The notes: generated by a model not told the origin, from the letters alone. 64,000 bases of DNA from Blastocatellia bacterium (GCA_963765495.1 CAVXWP010000004.1:295876-359875); one strand, 5' to 3'; positions 19,784-30,568 are shown, counted from the first letter of the stretch. Numbers and translations are program-made.

Positions 19784-21115
19784 ATGAAAGACAATAAAGA
19801 CAAGCAGGATTTATCGCGGCGCGATTTTCTAAAAGTTGCGAGCGTGACCACGGCGGGTCTTGCCGCAGGCTCGCTCATAAGCAAGCAGGCGAAGGCGGCC
19901 GGCGTTCCGCTTCCCGCCAAGGCGAAAATTCTGGGCGCAAACGACCGCATAAACTACGGCATGATAGGCATAGGCGGGATGGGTGGCGGCCACCTGCGAA
20001 TTCTCACCGATTTCGCCGCGCCCAGCAAACCCGATGTTCAGCCCGAAAACATCGCCGTAGTGGCTGTGTGCGATGTGTTCGAGAAACGTCGGAAAAAGGC
20101 TCAGGAAGTGGCAAAGGTTCCCGACTCTCGGGCTTACGGCGATTACCGGCGGCTGCTTGAAAACAAGGACATTGACGCGGTAGTGATCGCGACTCCCGAC
20201 CACTGGCACGCGGCCATAGCCATTGCCGCTATGGAGGCGGGCAAACACATCTACGTCGAAAAGCCCATGACTCACTCTCTCAAAGACGGGTTCAAGCTAT
20301 ACGACACGGCCAAGAGGACAAATCGTCTTGTGCAGGTAGGCGCGCACGGCAACAGCGATCCGAAATGGCACAAGGCCCGCGAAATAGTCAAAACGGGCAA
20401 GATGGGGAAGATACTCTGGGCGCAGGGCAGCTATTGCCGGAACAACCCGAAAGGCGAATGGAACTATGACATAGACCCGGAGGCCAACGAGCAGACCGTG
20501 GACTGGAAGATGTGGCTCGGCAACGCGCCCAAACGCCCCTGGAGCCCCGAGCGATATTTTCGCTGGAGAAAATACTGGGATTACGGCAACGGCATCATAG
20601 GCGATTTGTGGCCGCATCGCCTGCACCCGCTGATGCTTGGAATGGCTATCGAGGAATTCCCCAAGAGCGTATCCTGCATGGGCGGCATACTCTGTAACAC
20701 GGATCAGGGAAACGGCGAAATGAGGGACGTAGCCGACACGACTACGCTTATGGTCGAGTTCCCTTCCGGCACCATGATCTTCCTGGCGGGCTCTACGGTA
20801 AACGAGCGGGGCGTCGAAGATGTAATTCGCGGTCACAAGGCGAACCTGCTTTTCGGCGGCGCTAAAGTCGAAATAGTCCCCGAGCGCCCGTATGTGGACG
20901 AGGTAGAGGCCAAGGATGAGACTCCGCCCGATTCGGGCGAAAGCCATGCAAAGCACCAGAAGAATTTTCTTGAGAGTCTCCGCAACAACACCCCGCCGAA
21001 TGCCAACATCGAGCAGGGCATAAGAGTACAAACGATCGTATCGCTTGCCGAAGAGTCTTATAGAAAGGGCAAGACGATGCACTTCGACGCGGAGAAGCGA
21101 AAGGTAAGCTCGTAG
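19784..21115 (+). CDS. Gfo/Idh/MocA family oxidoreductase with Tat signal
   Basis: SRRDFLK; GIGGMG; ATPDHWH; GKHIYVEKP; RBS AGGAG before ATG 19784. Confidence 0.92.
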   Translation: MKDNKDKQDLSRRDFLKVASVTTAGLAAGSLISKQAKAAGVPLPAKAKILGANDRINYGMIGIGGMGGGHLRILTDFAAPSKPDVQPENIAVVAVCDVFEKRRKKAQEVAKVPDSRAYGDYRRLLENKDIDAVVIATPDHWHAAIAIAAMEAGKHIYVEKPMTHSLKDGFKLYDTAKRTNRLVQVGAHGNSDPKWHKAREIVKTGKMGKILWAQGSYCRNNPKGEWNYDIDPEANEQTVDWKMWLGNAPKRPWSPERYFRWRKYWDYGNGIIGDLWPHRLHPLMLGMAIEEFPKSVSCMGGILCNTDQGNGEMRDVADTTTLMVEFPSGTMIFLAGSTVNERGVEDVIRGHKANLLFGGAKVEIVPERPYVDEVEAKDETPPDSGESHAKHQKNFLESLRNNTPPNANIEQGIRVQTIVSLAEESYRKGKTMHFDAEKRKVSS

Positions 21116-21133
21116 CCCGCCGGGTGCTTATTA

Positions 21134-21210
21134 TTTGACAGGATTAACAGGATTTCAAAGATTAAAAGAGACTCTTGTTAATCCAAACTAATCTTGTCAA
21201 TCCTGTCAAA
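21134..21210. repeat. Inverted 9-mer array (ACAGGATTA)n / (AATCCTGTC)n
   Basis: TTTGACAGGATTAACAGGATT ... AATCTTGTCAATCCTGTCAAA. Confidence 0.8.
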
Positions 21211-21240
21211 AACCCGCTGTTCTATTCACGCATCACGCAC

Positions 21241-22194
21241 ATGACAGTGCAGACTCCCGTCACGCTCTCTTCCCACGCAATGGCGACTCGCTTCGAGCTT
21301 GTCCTCTACGGTGACGACCCGGCGCGACTGCGCGGCGCGGGCGAAGAAGCCCTTCGCGAAATAGAACGTCTCGAAGCGCAACTCAGTTTCTATCTCGCCG
21401 ACAGCGAAATAAGATGGATCAATACTCACGCCTCAACCGGCCCTGTCAAAATCGAGCCGCGATTGTTCAGATTGCTAAAAGATTGCGCCCGACTTACAGG
21501 GCTGACCGATGGAGCCTTTGACATCACGGTTGGCCCTCTTATGAGGGCATGGCGATTCGTGAATGAGACGGGCAGGCGGCCCGAAGCCTTAGAATTGCAA
21601 ACCGCGAGATCGGTTGTAGGGATAGATCACATCCGATTTGATGAAGATAATTTCACGCTGGAATTTGACCGACCCGGTGTGGAAATTGATCTGGGCGCTT
21701 ACGGCAAGGGCTATGCAATCGAACGCGCCATCGAGATACTGAGGGAGGCGGGTGTGGCAAGCGCGCTGATGCACGGAGGGACAAGCTCGGTCTCCACAAT
21801 AGGCGCGCCGCCCGGGAGTAAGGCTTGGCGCATAAGTTTGAGCGCGCCGCTGGTATCAGACGACAGGGCAGAGATAATCAGCCTTGTCGATAACTCTCTT
21901 TCGGTTTCTGCCGTACATGGAAGGTCCTTTACGGCAGAAGGGCAAACTTTTGGTCACGTCATCGACCCCGGGACCGGAGAGTCTACAAGCCACGCGGTTG
22001 CCGCTGCGGCCGTTGGAGCTTCGGCCCCCGTTTGTGAAGCGGTTTCAACATCGCTTCTGGTGTCAGGGCCGGGATGGCTCTCGACGATGAAAGAGCGATT
22101 CCCCGGCTACGGCGCGGTCATAGCTTTTGCAAATGAAAGGGGCGAAATCGAAATTGTTCACGTCGAGCCGGATCAATTGCCGCTACTCGATTAA
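21241..22194 (+). CDS. apbE: FAD:protein FMN transferase (ApbE family), no signal peptide seen
   Basis: AMAT, TDGAFDITVGPL, IDLGAYGKGYA, GHVIDP.TG. Confidence 0.9.
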   Translation: MTVQTPVTLSSHAMATRFELVLYGDDPARLRGAGEEALREIERLEAQLSFYLADSEIRWINTHASTGPVKIEPRLFRLLKDCARLTGLTDGAFDITVGPLMRAWRFVNETGRRPEALELQTARSVVGIDHIRFDEDNFTLEFDRPGVEIDLGAYGKGYAIERAIEILREAGVASALMHGGTSSVSTIGAPPGSKAWRISLSAPLVSDDRAEIISLVDNSLSVSAVHGRSFTAEGQTFGHVIDPGTGESTSHAVAAAAVGASAPVCEAVSTSLLVSGPGWLSTMKERFPGYGAVIAFANERGEIEIVHVEPDQLPLLD

Positions 22195-22320
22195 GCTTAA
22201 GGATAAAACGGCGAGCCCGATTTTGCAGACGGGCAGATAAACAAGCATCGCGTAAAGATATCCTCTTATCAGGTTAATATTTCTTCCAATATTTGCCTTC
22301 AGGGTGCGATTAATAGACTC

Positions 22321-22349
22321 TTGCGCGGGTCAGGTTTTCACACTACAAT
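22321..22349 (+). promoter_or_regulatory. Sigma70-type promoter
   Basis: TTGCGC-N17-TACAAT upstream of 22439. Confidence 0.5.
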
Positions 22350-22438
22350 GTGGACGTACTGCCCCTGTTGCCCGCCACAACAACCTTAGTTAGTGGCTAC
22401 CGCTCCCTGTAGACCACGGCAAGTTCAGGGTAGCATTC

Positions 22439-24073
22439 GTGCAAGGACAACTAGGCGACAGATACATAGCGGACCTCATACGCGAGCTTTATAATAAGAA
22501 AGCGAGCGGATTGCTGCGGCTGTCCCGTGGTAAGACCATCAAGGCCATCTTCTTCGAAGCGGGCGCGCCCGTATTCGCCATAAGCAATCTGGCCAACGAA
22601 CAACTTGAATACAAGCTTGTCAAGGACGGCGTGGCCACACCGGAACAAATCGAGCAGTCAAAAGCCCAGGCAGAAAAGGCAAACCGGCTTGGATCGGTGC
22701 TGGTCGAGATGGGGTTACTCTCTACCGAAGAGATGCACAACATAGTGCGCAGGCTGTGCATATCCATAACTCTCTCGCTCTTTGAATGGGAGGAAGGCGA
22801 ATACATATTCGACGAGCGAATGCGGGCCGTGCACGATGTGACTCTCAAGACCGGTGTGCAAGACATACTGCTTGAAGGCGCTCGGCGTTCTGCGGGAATA
22901 GAGCGGATTGCAACCAACATCGCGCCGATAGATAGAGTCATCGTTCGTGTAAAACAGGGCGCAACCCCCGCCAATTCAGGCAAGCTCATACCTCTGGAAA
23001 GCTATATCCTGTCTCGCATCGAAAAACCTACGCCGATAAGCGAGGTGAGCATGTTGAGCGGGCTCAGCGAAAAAGAGTCTCATCGCGCTGTGATTGCGCT
23101 GATCGCCGCTGGATTTCTGAAACTGGACGGCGATGAACAAGAGGTGAAGGAAGAAGAAGAGCCGGATGCCGAGGTTCAGGAGTCGGTGGATGATTTGCGC
23201 AGGGAAGTATCGCGCAAGCTTCACTTCTTTGAGTCAGCCGATTTCTATGAAATGCTCTCCATAACCCGGCATTCGAGTTCCAAAGAGATCAAGGCAGCAT
23301 ATTATCAACTTGCCAAGAAGTTCCATCCCGACAGGTATCGCCAGCTTGATGACAAGAATTTGCAAAGTAAGCTCGAGGCCATGTTCTCAAAGGTTACACA
23401 GGCATACGAAACCTTGAGCCTGCCTGCACAGCGCGCCGCCTACGATGAGCGCATAAAATCATCAAATGGAAACTCAGGCGACCTGCCACTGGCTGCCCCG
23501 ATATCAGCTCCACCATCCGAGCGATACACGACGTCTGCCCTCAGGCACTCGGCCCCGTTGCCGATGCCTGAAATAACCGAGCAGCAGCAGCCACAGCCCG
23601 CCGCAAGTGTCAGCGAAGAGATCCCCGCTCCGGAGCAAGGCCCACCCCCTGCTCAGAACGCGGAGCACCTGTATCAGCAGGGCCGGGCGCGATATGACAG
23701 GAAAGAGTTCCACGCCGCCGTGCATCTGCTGCGCGAGGCGATCAAGGCTGATTCGAGCAAACCGCACTATCATTATCATCTCGGCGTAGCTCTTATCCGT
23801 AATCCGCGCACACGGCGAGAGGCGGAGCAACATCTGATGAAGGCCGCCGAGCTCGATCCGTATAATGCAAAGATCAGATTAAAACTGGCCGTCCTTTATA
23901 AAGAAGTGGGTATGCCAAAGAGAGCAGATCATTACTTCCGTGAAACACTCTCACTCGATCCCGATAATCGCGTGGCGATGCGAGAATTGAACATGGACAA
24001 AAAAGATGAAGCCGCCGGCAGCATCTGGAAAGCCGATCTCGGCACGATAGCCAAACGGCTATTCAAGAGATGA
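22439..24073 (+). CDS. DUF4388-like + J-domain + TPR protein
   Basis: N-terminal SGLLRL..IFFEAG..LFEWEEGEYIF; J-domain IKAAYYQLAKKFHPD; C-terminal TPR repeats. Confidence 0.85.
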   Translation: MQGQLGDRYIADLIRELYNKKASGLLRLSRGKTIKAIFFEAGAPVFAISNLANEQLEYKLVKDGVATPEQIEQSKAQAEKANRLGSVLVEMGLLSTEEMHNIVRRLCISITLSLFEWEEGEYIFDERMRAVHDVTLKTGVQDILLEGARRSAGIERIATNIAPIDRVIVRVKQGATPANSGKLIPLESYILSRIEKPTPISEVSMLSGLSEKESHRAVIALIAAGFLKLDGDEQEVKEEEEPDAEVQESVDDLRREVSRKLHFFESADFYEMLSITRHSSSKEIKAAYYQLAKKFHPDRYRQLDDKNLQSKLEAMFSKVTQAYETLSLPAQRAAYDERIKSSNGNSGDLPLAAPISAPPSERYTTSALRHSAPLPMPEITEQQQPQPAASVSEEIPAPEQGPPPAQNAEHLYQQGRARYDRKEFHAAVHLLREAIKADSSKPHYHYHLGVALIRNPRTRREAEQHLMKAAELDPYNAKIRLKLAVLYKEVGMPKRADHYFRETLSLDPDNRVAMRELNMDKKDEAAGSIWKADLGTIAKRLFKR

Positions 24074-24076
24074 GAA

Positions 24077-24175
24077 GTGATGCGTGATGCGTGATGCGTG
24101 ACTTCCAGGCAATTACCTGTTGATAAGTTCACAGCTTACTTCATAAATCACGCATCACGCATCACGCATCACGCA
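24077..24175. repeat. CGTGA/TCACG heptamer-flanked element, copy with conserved core
   Basis: (GTGATGC)3-core-(ATCACGC)4; overlaps the ppa stop codon. Confidence 0.92.
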
Positions 24176-24686
24176 CATACCGGTTGTGGGCGGCTACAAT
24201 CGTTTCCCCCGCTTTATTCGAATCTCGCCAGCCGCCGGTCCTGGTCTGTTTCCCTTCCAGCTCTTTGTAAATGCTGAAGAAATATTCTATTTCGCGGAGG
24301 CGATGGGGATCGATATCCGAATAATTGATGAGATTTTTTGCTCGCGGGTCGGCATTTGGAACGCAAAGCAACTTAAGGTCTTCCGCCCCCTGATCAACCA
24401 TGATCAGCATTCCTATGGCTCGTACTTCTATCAAACAACCTGAAAAGGTCGGGTGTTCGACCAGAACGAGCGCGTCGAGCGGGTCGCCGTCTGAGGCACG
24501 CGTCGCGGGTACGAATCCATAATCGCCCGGATAATGCATGGGCGAATATAAGGGGCGGTCGAGGCGAAAGAGGTTCGTTTCCGGGTCATACTCATACTTG
24601 TTGCCGCTGCCTTTGGGTATCTCTACCACGACGTTGAAGACGTCGGGCGCCCCGTCTCCGATGGGCACATCTCTGTATCGCTTCAT
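24162..24686 (-). CDS. ppa: Inorganic pyrophosphatase (family I)
   Basis: EIPKGSGNKYEYD, LDR, YPGDYGF, DGDPLD; start at MKRY (24686). Confidence 0.95.
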   Translation of the reverse strand: MKRYRDVPIGDGAPDVFNVVVEIPKGSGNKYEYDPETNLFRLDRPLYSPMHYPGDYGFVPATRASDGDPLDALVLVEHPTFSGCLIEVRAIGMLIMVDQGAEDLKLLCVPNADPRAKNLINYSDIDPHRLREIEYFFSIYKELEGKQTRTGGWRDSNKAGETIVAAHNRYVRDA

Positions 24687-24720
24687 CTGAAATCCCGCGA
24701 ATACTTGTGAGTTTGCGCCG

Positions 24721-25488
24721 TCAGAAAAGGCCCAGGCTGTTTCCGAGGCGGCGTATGCTCCCGATGATGAGCACGGCAATCGGCGGGTACAGAAATACGC
24801 CAAGCAGGAGGCCGGGCGAGAATGTAGCCCCGTAGCGAAGCGGGAGGACTTTGCCTACGACATACCCCAGGCCGAGCGAGACCAGGTATCCGCAGATCAG
24901 AAAGACCAATCCGGCCTTGCGGCTGATCACTTTGTCCTGCGGCGCTTCTTCGCGGAAGACCGATGTCAACTGATCGGGCACCTTGTAGGTATAGCGCGCA
25001 AGCACGAGTGAGAGATTCCTGACCAGGTAGACCAGCCCGCAGATACCGAGGATGATTATCAGAGCGCGGCCAATCAGGTTCAACTCTTCGATAAAGGCCG
25101 GTTTTGCGATCATCACATAAAAGGCCGACAAGAACAGAGGGACAACAAGTAACACGGCGTGGCTGCGCGCTGCGGTCTCCTGTCGCTCCTGCGCAATCAT
25201 CTCGTCGACCATGCGGTCAAATTCGCGCTGGATGGCGGCAACCTCCGCCGCGCGGGACGCGTAAAAGGTTCGACTCGGCCGGGTGTATCCGCCCATATCG
25301 TAAGTGGCTCGTCTGTGTGGATCGCTCAGTATATGATAGGCTTCGCTGATCTGAGCAAACCGCGCGTTGGCGTCCGGCGAGGCCGAGACATCAGGATGAT
25401 ACCTGCGCGCAAGCCTACGATATGCCGATTTGATCTCAGCGTTTGTTGCGCGAGGAGTAACTCCGAGAATGCGATAGAGATCTGTCAT
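24721..25488 (-). CDS. J-domain membrane protein
   Basis: DLYRILGV..EIKSAYRRLARRYHPD followed by four hydrophobic segments. Confidence 0.85.
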   Translation of the reverse strand: MTDLYRILGVTPRATNAEIKSAYRRLARRYHPDVSASPDANARFAQISEAYHILSDPHRRATYDMGGYTRPSRTFYASRAAEVAAIQREFDRMVDEMIAQERQETAARSHAVLLVVPLFLSAFYVMIAKPAFIEELNLIGRALIIILGICGLVYLVRNLSLVLARYTYKVPDQLTSVFREEAPQDKVISRKAGLVFLICGYLVSLGLGYVVGKVLPLRYGATFSPGLLLGVFLYPPIAVLIIGSIRRLGNSLGLF

Positions 25489-25818
25489 TGCTTCTCAACT
25501 CTACCCAAGATATCGGCGCTCTACCTCGGGGCCTGCGGACTGCGCCAATACGGCGGGCCTGGGGGTTCGATTGAAAGCATCGGCTTTCCGAATCCTTGAG
25601 CGGCATCTAAAAGATACCTTTATGGCAATCGCATGACCCTGATTTCATGACTATATTACTACGCTCACCTGCCCGGCTCAAGCGTTTCCTCGGTAGGCGC
25701 CCGGGCTCGAAATTATGATCGAGGTCTTTCAACAATTGTGAGGCTCTTTGCTTATCTTTATGAGCAACAGCAACCCTCTTTTATTATGGAGCGGATCAAA
25801 GAACCACACCCGAGAGCT

Positions 25819-26379
25819 TCATCCTTTGGCCTTTAGCTTTTCCTGCGTCCCGGCTATATTGATGTGACAGATAGCTGCTGCCAGAGCGTCCGATGCGTCA
25901 AGCGGCTCGGGAGGTTGCTTCAATCCAAGGAGTATGCGAACCATCTCTTGCACCTGCTGCTTTTCGGCCCGCCCGTAACCGACCAGGGCAGACTTGATTT
26001 CAAGCGGCGAATATTCGAACACTTCCACTCCAGCGCGAGCAGCGGCCACAAGAGCCACGCCCCGGACGTGGCCGAGTTTCAACGCGCTCTTGACGTTTAC
26101 GGCATAGAAAGTCTCTTCGACCGCGCACGCCTGGGGCCTGAGCCGTTCGATAACCTCTTCGAGTTTCTGGGTGATTATGAGCAATCGCTCGGCGAAGGTG
26201 AAGCGAGCAGGGGCGCGTATACCGGCATATTCTACAAGTTCATAATGTCGGCCGTCGCTATCGACGACACCGTAGCCGGTGGTTTCGCTTCCGGGGTCTA
26301 TGCCCATCACTCGACGGACATGCGGGGCGACAGTTGCAGTGCGCCCGCCAACTACCTTGCTGCCGGGATTAATCGTCAA
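25819..26379 (-). CDS. ruvC: Holliday junction resolvase RuvC
   Basis: GIDPG, AVEE, LGHVRG, EYSP..IK..GYGRAEKQQV, DASDALA. Confidence 0.96.
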   Translation of the reverse strand: MTINPGSKVVGGRTATVAPHVRRVMGIDPGSETTGYGVVDSDGRHYELVEYAGIRAPARFTFAERLLIITQKLEEVIERLRPQACAVEETFYAVNVKSALKLGHVRGVALVAAARAGVEVFEYSPLEIKSALVGYGRAEKQQVQEMVRILLGLKQPPEPLDASDALAAAICHINIAGTQEKLKAKG

Positions 26380-27122
26380 CCGGCGGCCTCCAATTCTTCT
26401 TCCGATATATCGAAGTTGGCCGATACGTTCGACACATCGTCGTGCTCGTCGAGAGCATCCATCATCCGCAAGACCTGTTGCGCCGCCGCGCCAGTTACCT
26501 GGACCGAGTTGGTCGGGCGCATGCTCACTTCGGCCGAAATGGTTTCGAGCCCCGCGCCCTTGACTGCATCGAGCACCGCGTCAAAGTCTTCGGGAGAGGT
26601 GAGGAGTTCCCATGTCTCTTCATCGCCGCTCACATCTTCGGCCCCGCTTTCTAGCGCGAGTTCCATTATCGTATTTTCGCCCACTCCGCTCTTGTCGATG
26701 ACAATCGAGCCTTTCTTCTCAAACATCCAGGCGACCGAGCCGTTCTCGCCGAGGTTGCCGCCGTTTTTGGAGAATATGTGGCGAATTTCGGCCACCGTGC
26801 GCGTGCGGTTGTCGGTCTGCGTTTCGATATAGACGGCAACGCCGCCGGGGCCGTAGCCCTCGTAAGTCACATCTTCGATTGCCGCGCCCGCGATTTCCCC
26901 CGTGCCGCGTTTGATGGCGTTTGTCATCGTGTCTTTAGGCATATTCATAGCCTTGGCGTCATCCATAGCCTTACGCAGACGCGGATTTCCTGTGGGGTCG
27001 CCTCCTCCGACGCGAGCGGCAACAGTCAACTCTTTTATCAACCTGGAGAACACCTTGCCGCGCTTGGCATCAATGGCCCCCTTCTTATGTTTTATTGAAT
27101 GCCATTTTGAATGTCCGGACAT
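26376..27122 (-). CDS. yebC: YebC/PmpR family protein
   Basis: MSGHSKW, YEGYGPGG, TDNRTRT; upstream of ruvC. Confidence 0.96.
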   Translation of the reverse strand: MSGHSKWHSIKHKKGAIDAKRGKVFSRLIKELTVAARVGGGDPTGNPRLRKAMDDAKAMNMPKDTMTNAIKRGTGEIAGAAIEDVTYEGYGPGGVAVYIETQTDNRTRTVAEIRHIFSKNGGNLGENGSVAWMFEKKGSIVIDKSGVGENTIMELALESGAEDVSGDEETWELLTSPEDFDAVLDAVKGAGLETISAEVSMRPTNSVQVTGAAAQQVLRMMDALDEHDDVSNVSANFDISEEELEAAG

Positions 27123-27480
27123 AACCCTGAGTCTTGCCTCCCTAAAAATTATTCGAGCTTTCAATTACGGCCCACAGCCAACTCTTTATCGTCTGGATCA
27201 ACCGATGCGAGCCGGGTTTTATTGAATTCTTTTCTGGCAAGCCGCTTCGCAACTCTTGTGCAGTATACGCCATTTGCTCGCGTATGGGCAATGAGGCAGA
27301 GATAGGCTGATTAAGAATGGAGGCCGCAAAACGGGACCATTCGGATACTGATATATGAGCATTCGACGTAAGCAGTATCGAAGGTTGATGTGATCGAAAG
27401 ACGAGTAACGGAAATCGAAATTGACTCGCCGGAGGCTACGGGCTACCATGGTCTCTTCGACCTGCATTTGAATAATCACT

Positions 27481-30400
27481 ATGAGCGATTCCCACCAAAC
27501 ATCTATTAACACCGAAGAAGCAAGGGCCGACACTCAAAAGGGCGGCGACCATGAGGCGCTCGACCATCAGGTCATGGAGGCGCTGGCACGTTTCGCGCTG
27601 GGCGATCTGAGTTTTCGAATAAACGGCCATCAGGCTCACCTGACCGGACAGGACAGGCAGTTATTGCTAAATCTCGATCAACTTGCAAGGCGGCTCCGCT
27701 ACATCGTAGGCCGCCTGCAACGCGCCGCCGATTCGATAGACACTGTCGTAGGCGAAGTGGGGCGCGGGACTCAGGCGCTCTCCGGAGGCGTGCTGGACGA
27801 AGCCAAATCGGTTGAAGAGACATCAAGTTCTATTTCTGAAATCAATGCTTCGATGCATTCGGTCGGCGTCAGTTTGCAGACCCTCTCCAACCTCAGCCAG
27901 ACGACCTCGACCTCTATAATGCAGATGGCGACCTCCATAGATCAGGTTTCGCATAATACGGATGAGCTTGCGCAATTCGTCGAAGAGACGGCCTCGGCAA
28001 TCGAGCAGATGGCCGTCAGCATCCGCAAGGTCGCCGAGTCTACGGAGGCGCTCGCCGAATCGGCAGAAAAGACCGCACGCGCCATGCAGGCGATTGACAA
28101 CTCTACGCGCAGCATCGGCGAATCGGTAAACGAGACGACCGTACTTGCCGACGAAGTGGCGCGCTCGGCTGAAACCGGCAGCCAGGTCGTAGCCGAAACT
28201 GCCGCCAGCATGTCAAAGATCAAGGAAGCCATAGACGCGGCCACCGAAACGATCACGCGGCTCGGTCGCAGGTCCGATCAAATCGGCGAAGTCACCCACG
28301 TCATAAACGAGATCGCCGACCGCACTCACCTCCTCGCCTTGAATGCGGCGATACTGGCGGCGCAGGCCGGCTCTCAGGGGCGTGGTTTCCGCATAGTCGC
28401 CGATGAAATCAAAGAGCTGAGCGAGCGCACCGCCGCTTCCACGCGAGAGATCGAAGAGATGATCGAAGGCGTTCGCGGCGACGTGGCCGAAACCATCGAG
28501 CGAGTAGTGGTTGGCGGCAAGCGGGCCGAGGAAGGAGTCGATCTCTCTTCGAGAGCTTCGGCCCTGCTGCAAGAGATCCGCGAGAAGACAAATGCGTCCT
28601 CCGACCGCATAAAATTAATAGCCGATGCCACGGGCGTACAGGCCGCCGAAAGCCACACCGTTCTTGAAGCCGTAGACCTTGTGCGCCAGCAGGCGCGCGG
28701 CATCGAACGCGCCACAAGCGAACAGGCTCTCACATCCCGTCACATCGGCGAGCGCGCTCTGCACATGAGCGAGTTGACCGAGCAGGTGCGCCGCGCAACG
28801 GGCGAACAGGCTCAGGTATCCCGATACATTGCCGAGGCTATGGAAGACCTGACCATGATAGTCGAGCAGATTCGCGCAGCCTCCGACGAGCAATCGACCG
28901 GGGCCGATCAGGTGCTGCGGGCCATCGAGACTATCAAAGAGGTGGTGAGTCGAAATCAGACCTCGATATCGGGCATCAACAGCGCGGTGGATCTGCTTGT
29001 GCGCGAGGCCGAACTGCTCAACCGCGAGGTAGAAGCGTTCCAACTGCCCGAGGGCGAACACGGAGGCCATCTGCGTTTTGCGTTGCGGTCTTCGGAGTTG
29101 CAACTCGATCCGGCCTCGGTCTCTTCGATTTCGCGCATCGAGGTAATCTCAAATATTTTCGAAGGTCTCGTGCAGTTTGGCGAGCGGGCCGAAATTCGCC
29201 CGGCAATCGCCGAGCGATGGGAGACATCGCCCGACGGACGGGTCTATACCTTCTATCTTCGCGAGGCGGCGAGATTTCACAACGGGCGGCGCGTGCGAGC
29301 AGACGACGTGAAGTACTCCTTCGAGCGACAGATACGTCAAAACGAAAACGCATCGGCGTGGGTGTTTCGACCCATCGTCGGAGCCGAGCAGTTCATGTCG
29401 GGCGAGTCGGATTCGGTGGCAGGCATACAGGTATCGGGTGAGCACGTAGTAAAGCTTGAGCTTATTCAGCCGGTGACATTTTTCCTATCCACGCTCTGCA
29501 TGGATTATGCCTACATCGTGCCGCGCGAAGAGGTTGAGCGACCGGGTCCCGACTTTTCGATAAAGCCGGTCGGGTCGGGGCCGTTTCGCATAATCGAGCC
29601 TGTGCAGGGCAAAGAGGTTCAAATGGAGCGGTTCTCGAATTACTGGAACCCGGAAGCGCCGTTTGCTGACCGCCTGACGGCTGTCTTTGGCAAAAGCGCG
29701 GATGAAATCTATGATGCCTTCATGCGCAACGAACTTGATTATGTAAGCGACCTGCCCTTGACCTATCTGACCGAACTCAGGAAGCGAGCGGGAGAAATCC
29801 ACGTGCTTGAAGCCGTACAACTTCAGACCCGAATGCTGGCCTTCGATTGCGGGCGACCGCCGCTCTCTGATCGAAGGGTGCGGCAGGCGATATGTTACGC
29901 GATCAACCGCGAGCGATTTGCCGAAGCGGTTTATGACGGGATGGCCGAGCCAGCGGTGGGACCTATACCGCCGGGGATACTGGGCTACGACGCGGTCGAG
30001 CAAGGTTATCAGCACGACCCGGCGAGGGCTCGCGCGCTGTTGGAGGCGGCCGGATACGGTGACGGTTTCGACACGGAAATCTGGTGGCCTCAATCCGTCA
30101 ACCCTACGGTCGAATGTCTGAAAGACGATCTGGCGGAGATCGGCATCCGGGCCGAATCCCGTTACGCGAATTCCGAAGAGATACAGCGAGCGTTGCGTAT
30201 GCGAATGGTGCCGATAGCGGGAAGGGACTGGTTTGCCGATTACCCCGACCCGGATAACTTCACCTATGTGCTGTTCAATTCTCGCAACAGCAATATCTTT
30301 ATAAACTCTTACACCAATGAAGAGATTGACCGGCTGACCGAACAGGCGCGCTCAATGATGAGCCGCGAGCAGAGGGGCGAGGTTTACCGGCAGGTGATAC

Positions 30401-30552
30401 ACCTGCTGATCGAAGACGCCCCGTGCGCTTTTCTTGCGCATCGCCGCAGTTTTGTCGCGCACAGGGCAGAGCTAGAAGGCATGACATTGCACCTGCTGGC
30501 CCCATTTATCACGCCCAAAGATCTGTGGTTTTCCCGGGTCGGCGAAAAATGA
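27481..30552 (+). CDS. Soluble methyl-accepting chemotaxis protein fused to a family 5 solute-binding domain
   Basis: MCP hairpin tip IADRTHLLALNAAILAAQAG.QGRGFRIVADEIKELSERT; C-terminal IFEGLV, PAIAERWE.SPDG..YTFYLR, FHNG, PVGSGPF, RVRQAI..AI, DYPDPDNF; no TM or signal peptide. Confidence 0.88.
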   Translation: MSDSHQTSINTEEARADTQKGGDHEALDHQVMEALARFALGDLSFRINGHQAHLTGQDRQLLLNLDQLARRLRYIVGRLQRAADSIDTVVGEVGRGTQALSGGVLDEAKSVEETSSSISEINASMHSVGVSLQTLSNLSQTTSTSIMQMATSIDQVSHNTDELAQFVEETASAIEQMAVSIRKVAESTEALAESAEKTARAMQAIDNSTRSIGESVNETTVLADEVARSAETGSQVVAETAASMSKIKEAIDAATETITRLGRRSDQIGEVTHVINEIADRTHLLALNAAILAAQAGSQGRGFRIVADEIKELSERTAASTREIEEMIEGVRGDVAETIERVVVGGKRAEEGVDLSSRASALLQEIREKTNASSDRIKLIADATGVQAAESHTVLEAVDLVRQQARGIERATSEQALTSRHIGERALHMSELTEQVRRATGEQAQVSRYIAEAMEDLTMIVEQIRAASDEQSTGADQVLRAIETIKEVVSRNQTSISGINSAVDLLVREAELLNREVEAFQLPEGEHGGHLRFALRSSELQLDPASVSSISRIEVISNIFEGLVQFGERAEIRPAIAERWETSPDGRVYTFYLREAARFHNGRRVRADDVKYSFERQIRQNENASAWVFRPIVGAEQFMSGESDSVAGIQVSGEHVVKLELIQPVTFFLSTLCMDYAYIVPREEVERPGPDFSIKPVGSGPFRIIEPVQGKEVQMERFSNYWNPEAPFADRLTAVFGKSADEIYDAFMRNELDYVSDLPLTYLTELRKRAGEIHVLEAVQLQTRMLAFDCGRPPLSDRRVRQAICYAINRERFAEAVYDGMAEPAVGPIPPGILGYDAVEQGYQHDPARARALLEAAGYGDGFDTEIWWPQSVNPTVECLKDDLAEIGIRAESRYANSEEIQRALRMRMVPIAGRDWFADYPDPDNFTYVLFNSRNSNIFINSYTNEEIDRLTEQARSMMSREQRGEVYRQVIHLLIEDAPCAFLAHRRSFVAHRAELEGMTLHLLAPFITPKDLWFSRVGEK

Positions 30553-30568
30553 CCGGCCCCGACTCATT

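Noticed and set aside
25489-25620. GC-rich leader upstream of the J-domain membrane gene as a riboswitch or ncRNA
   Set aside because: No recognisable conserved RNA motif or convincing stem set by eye.
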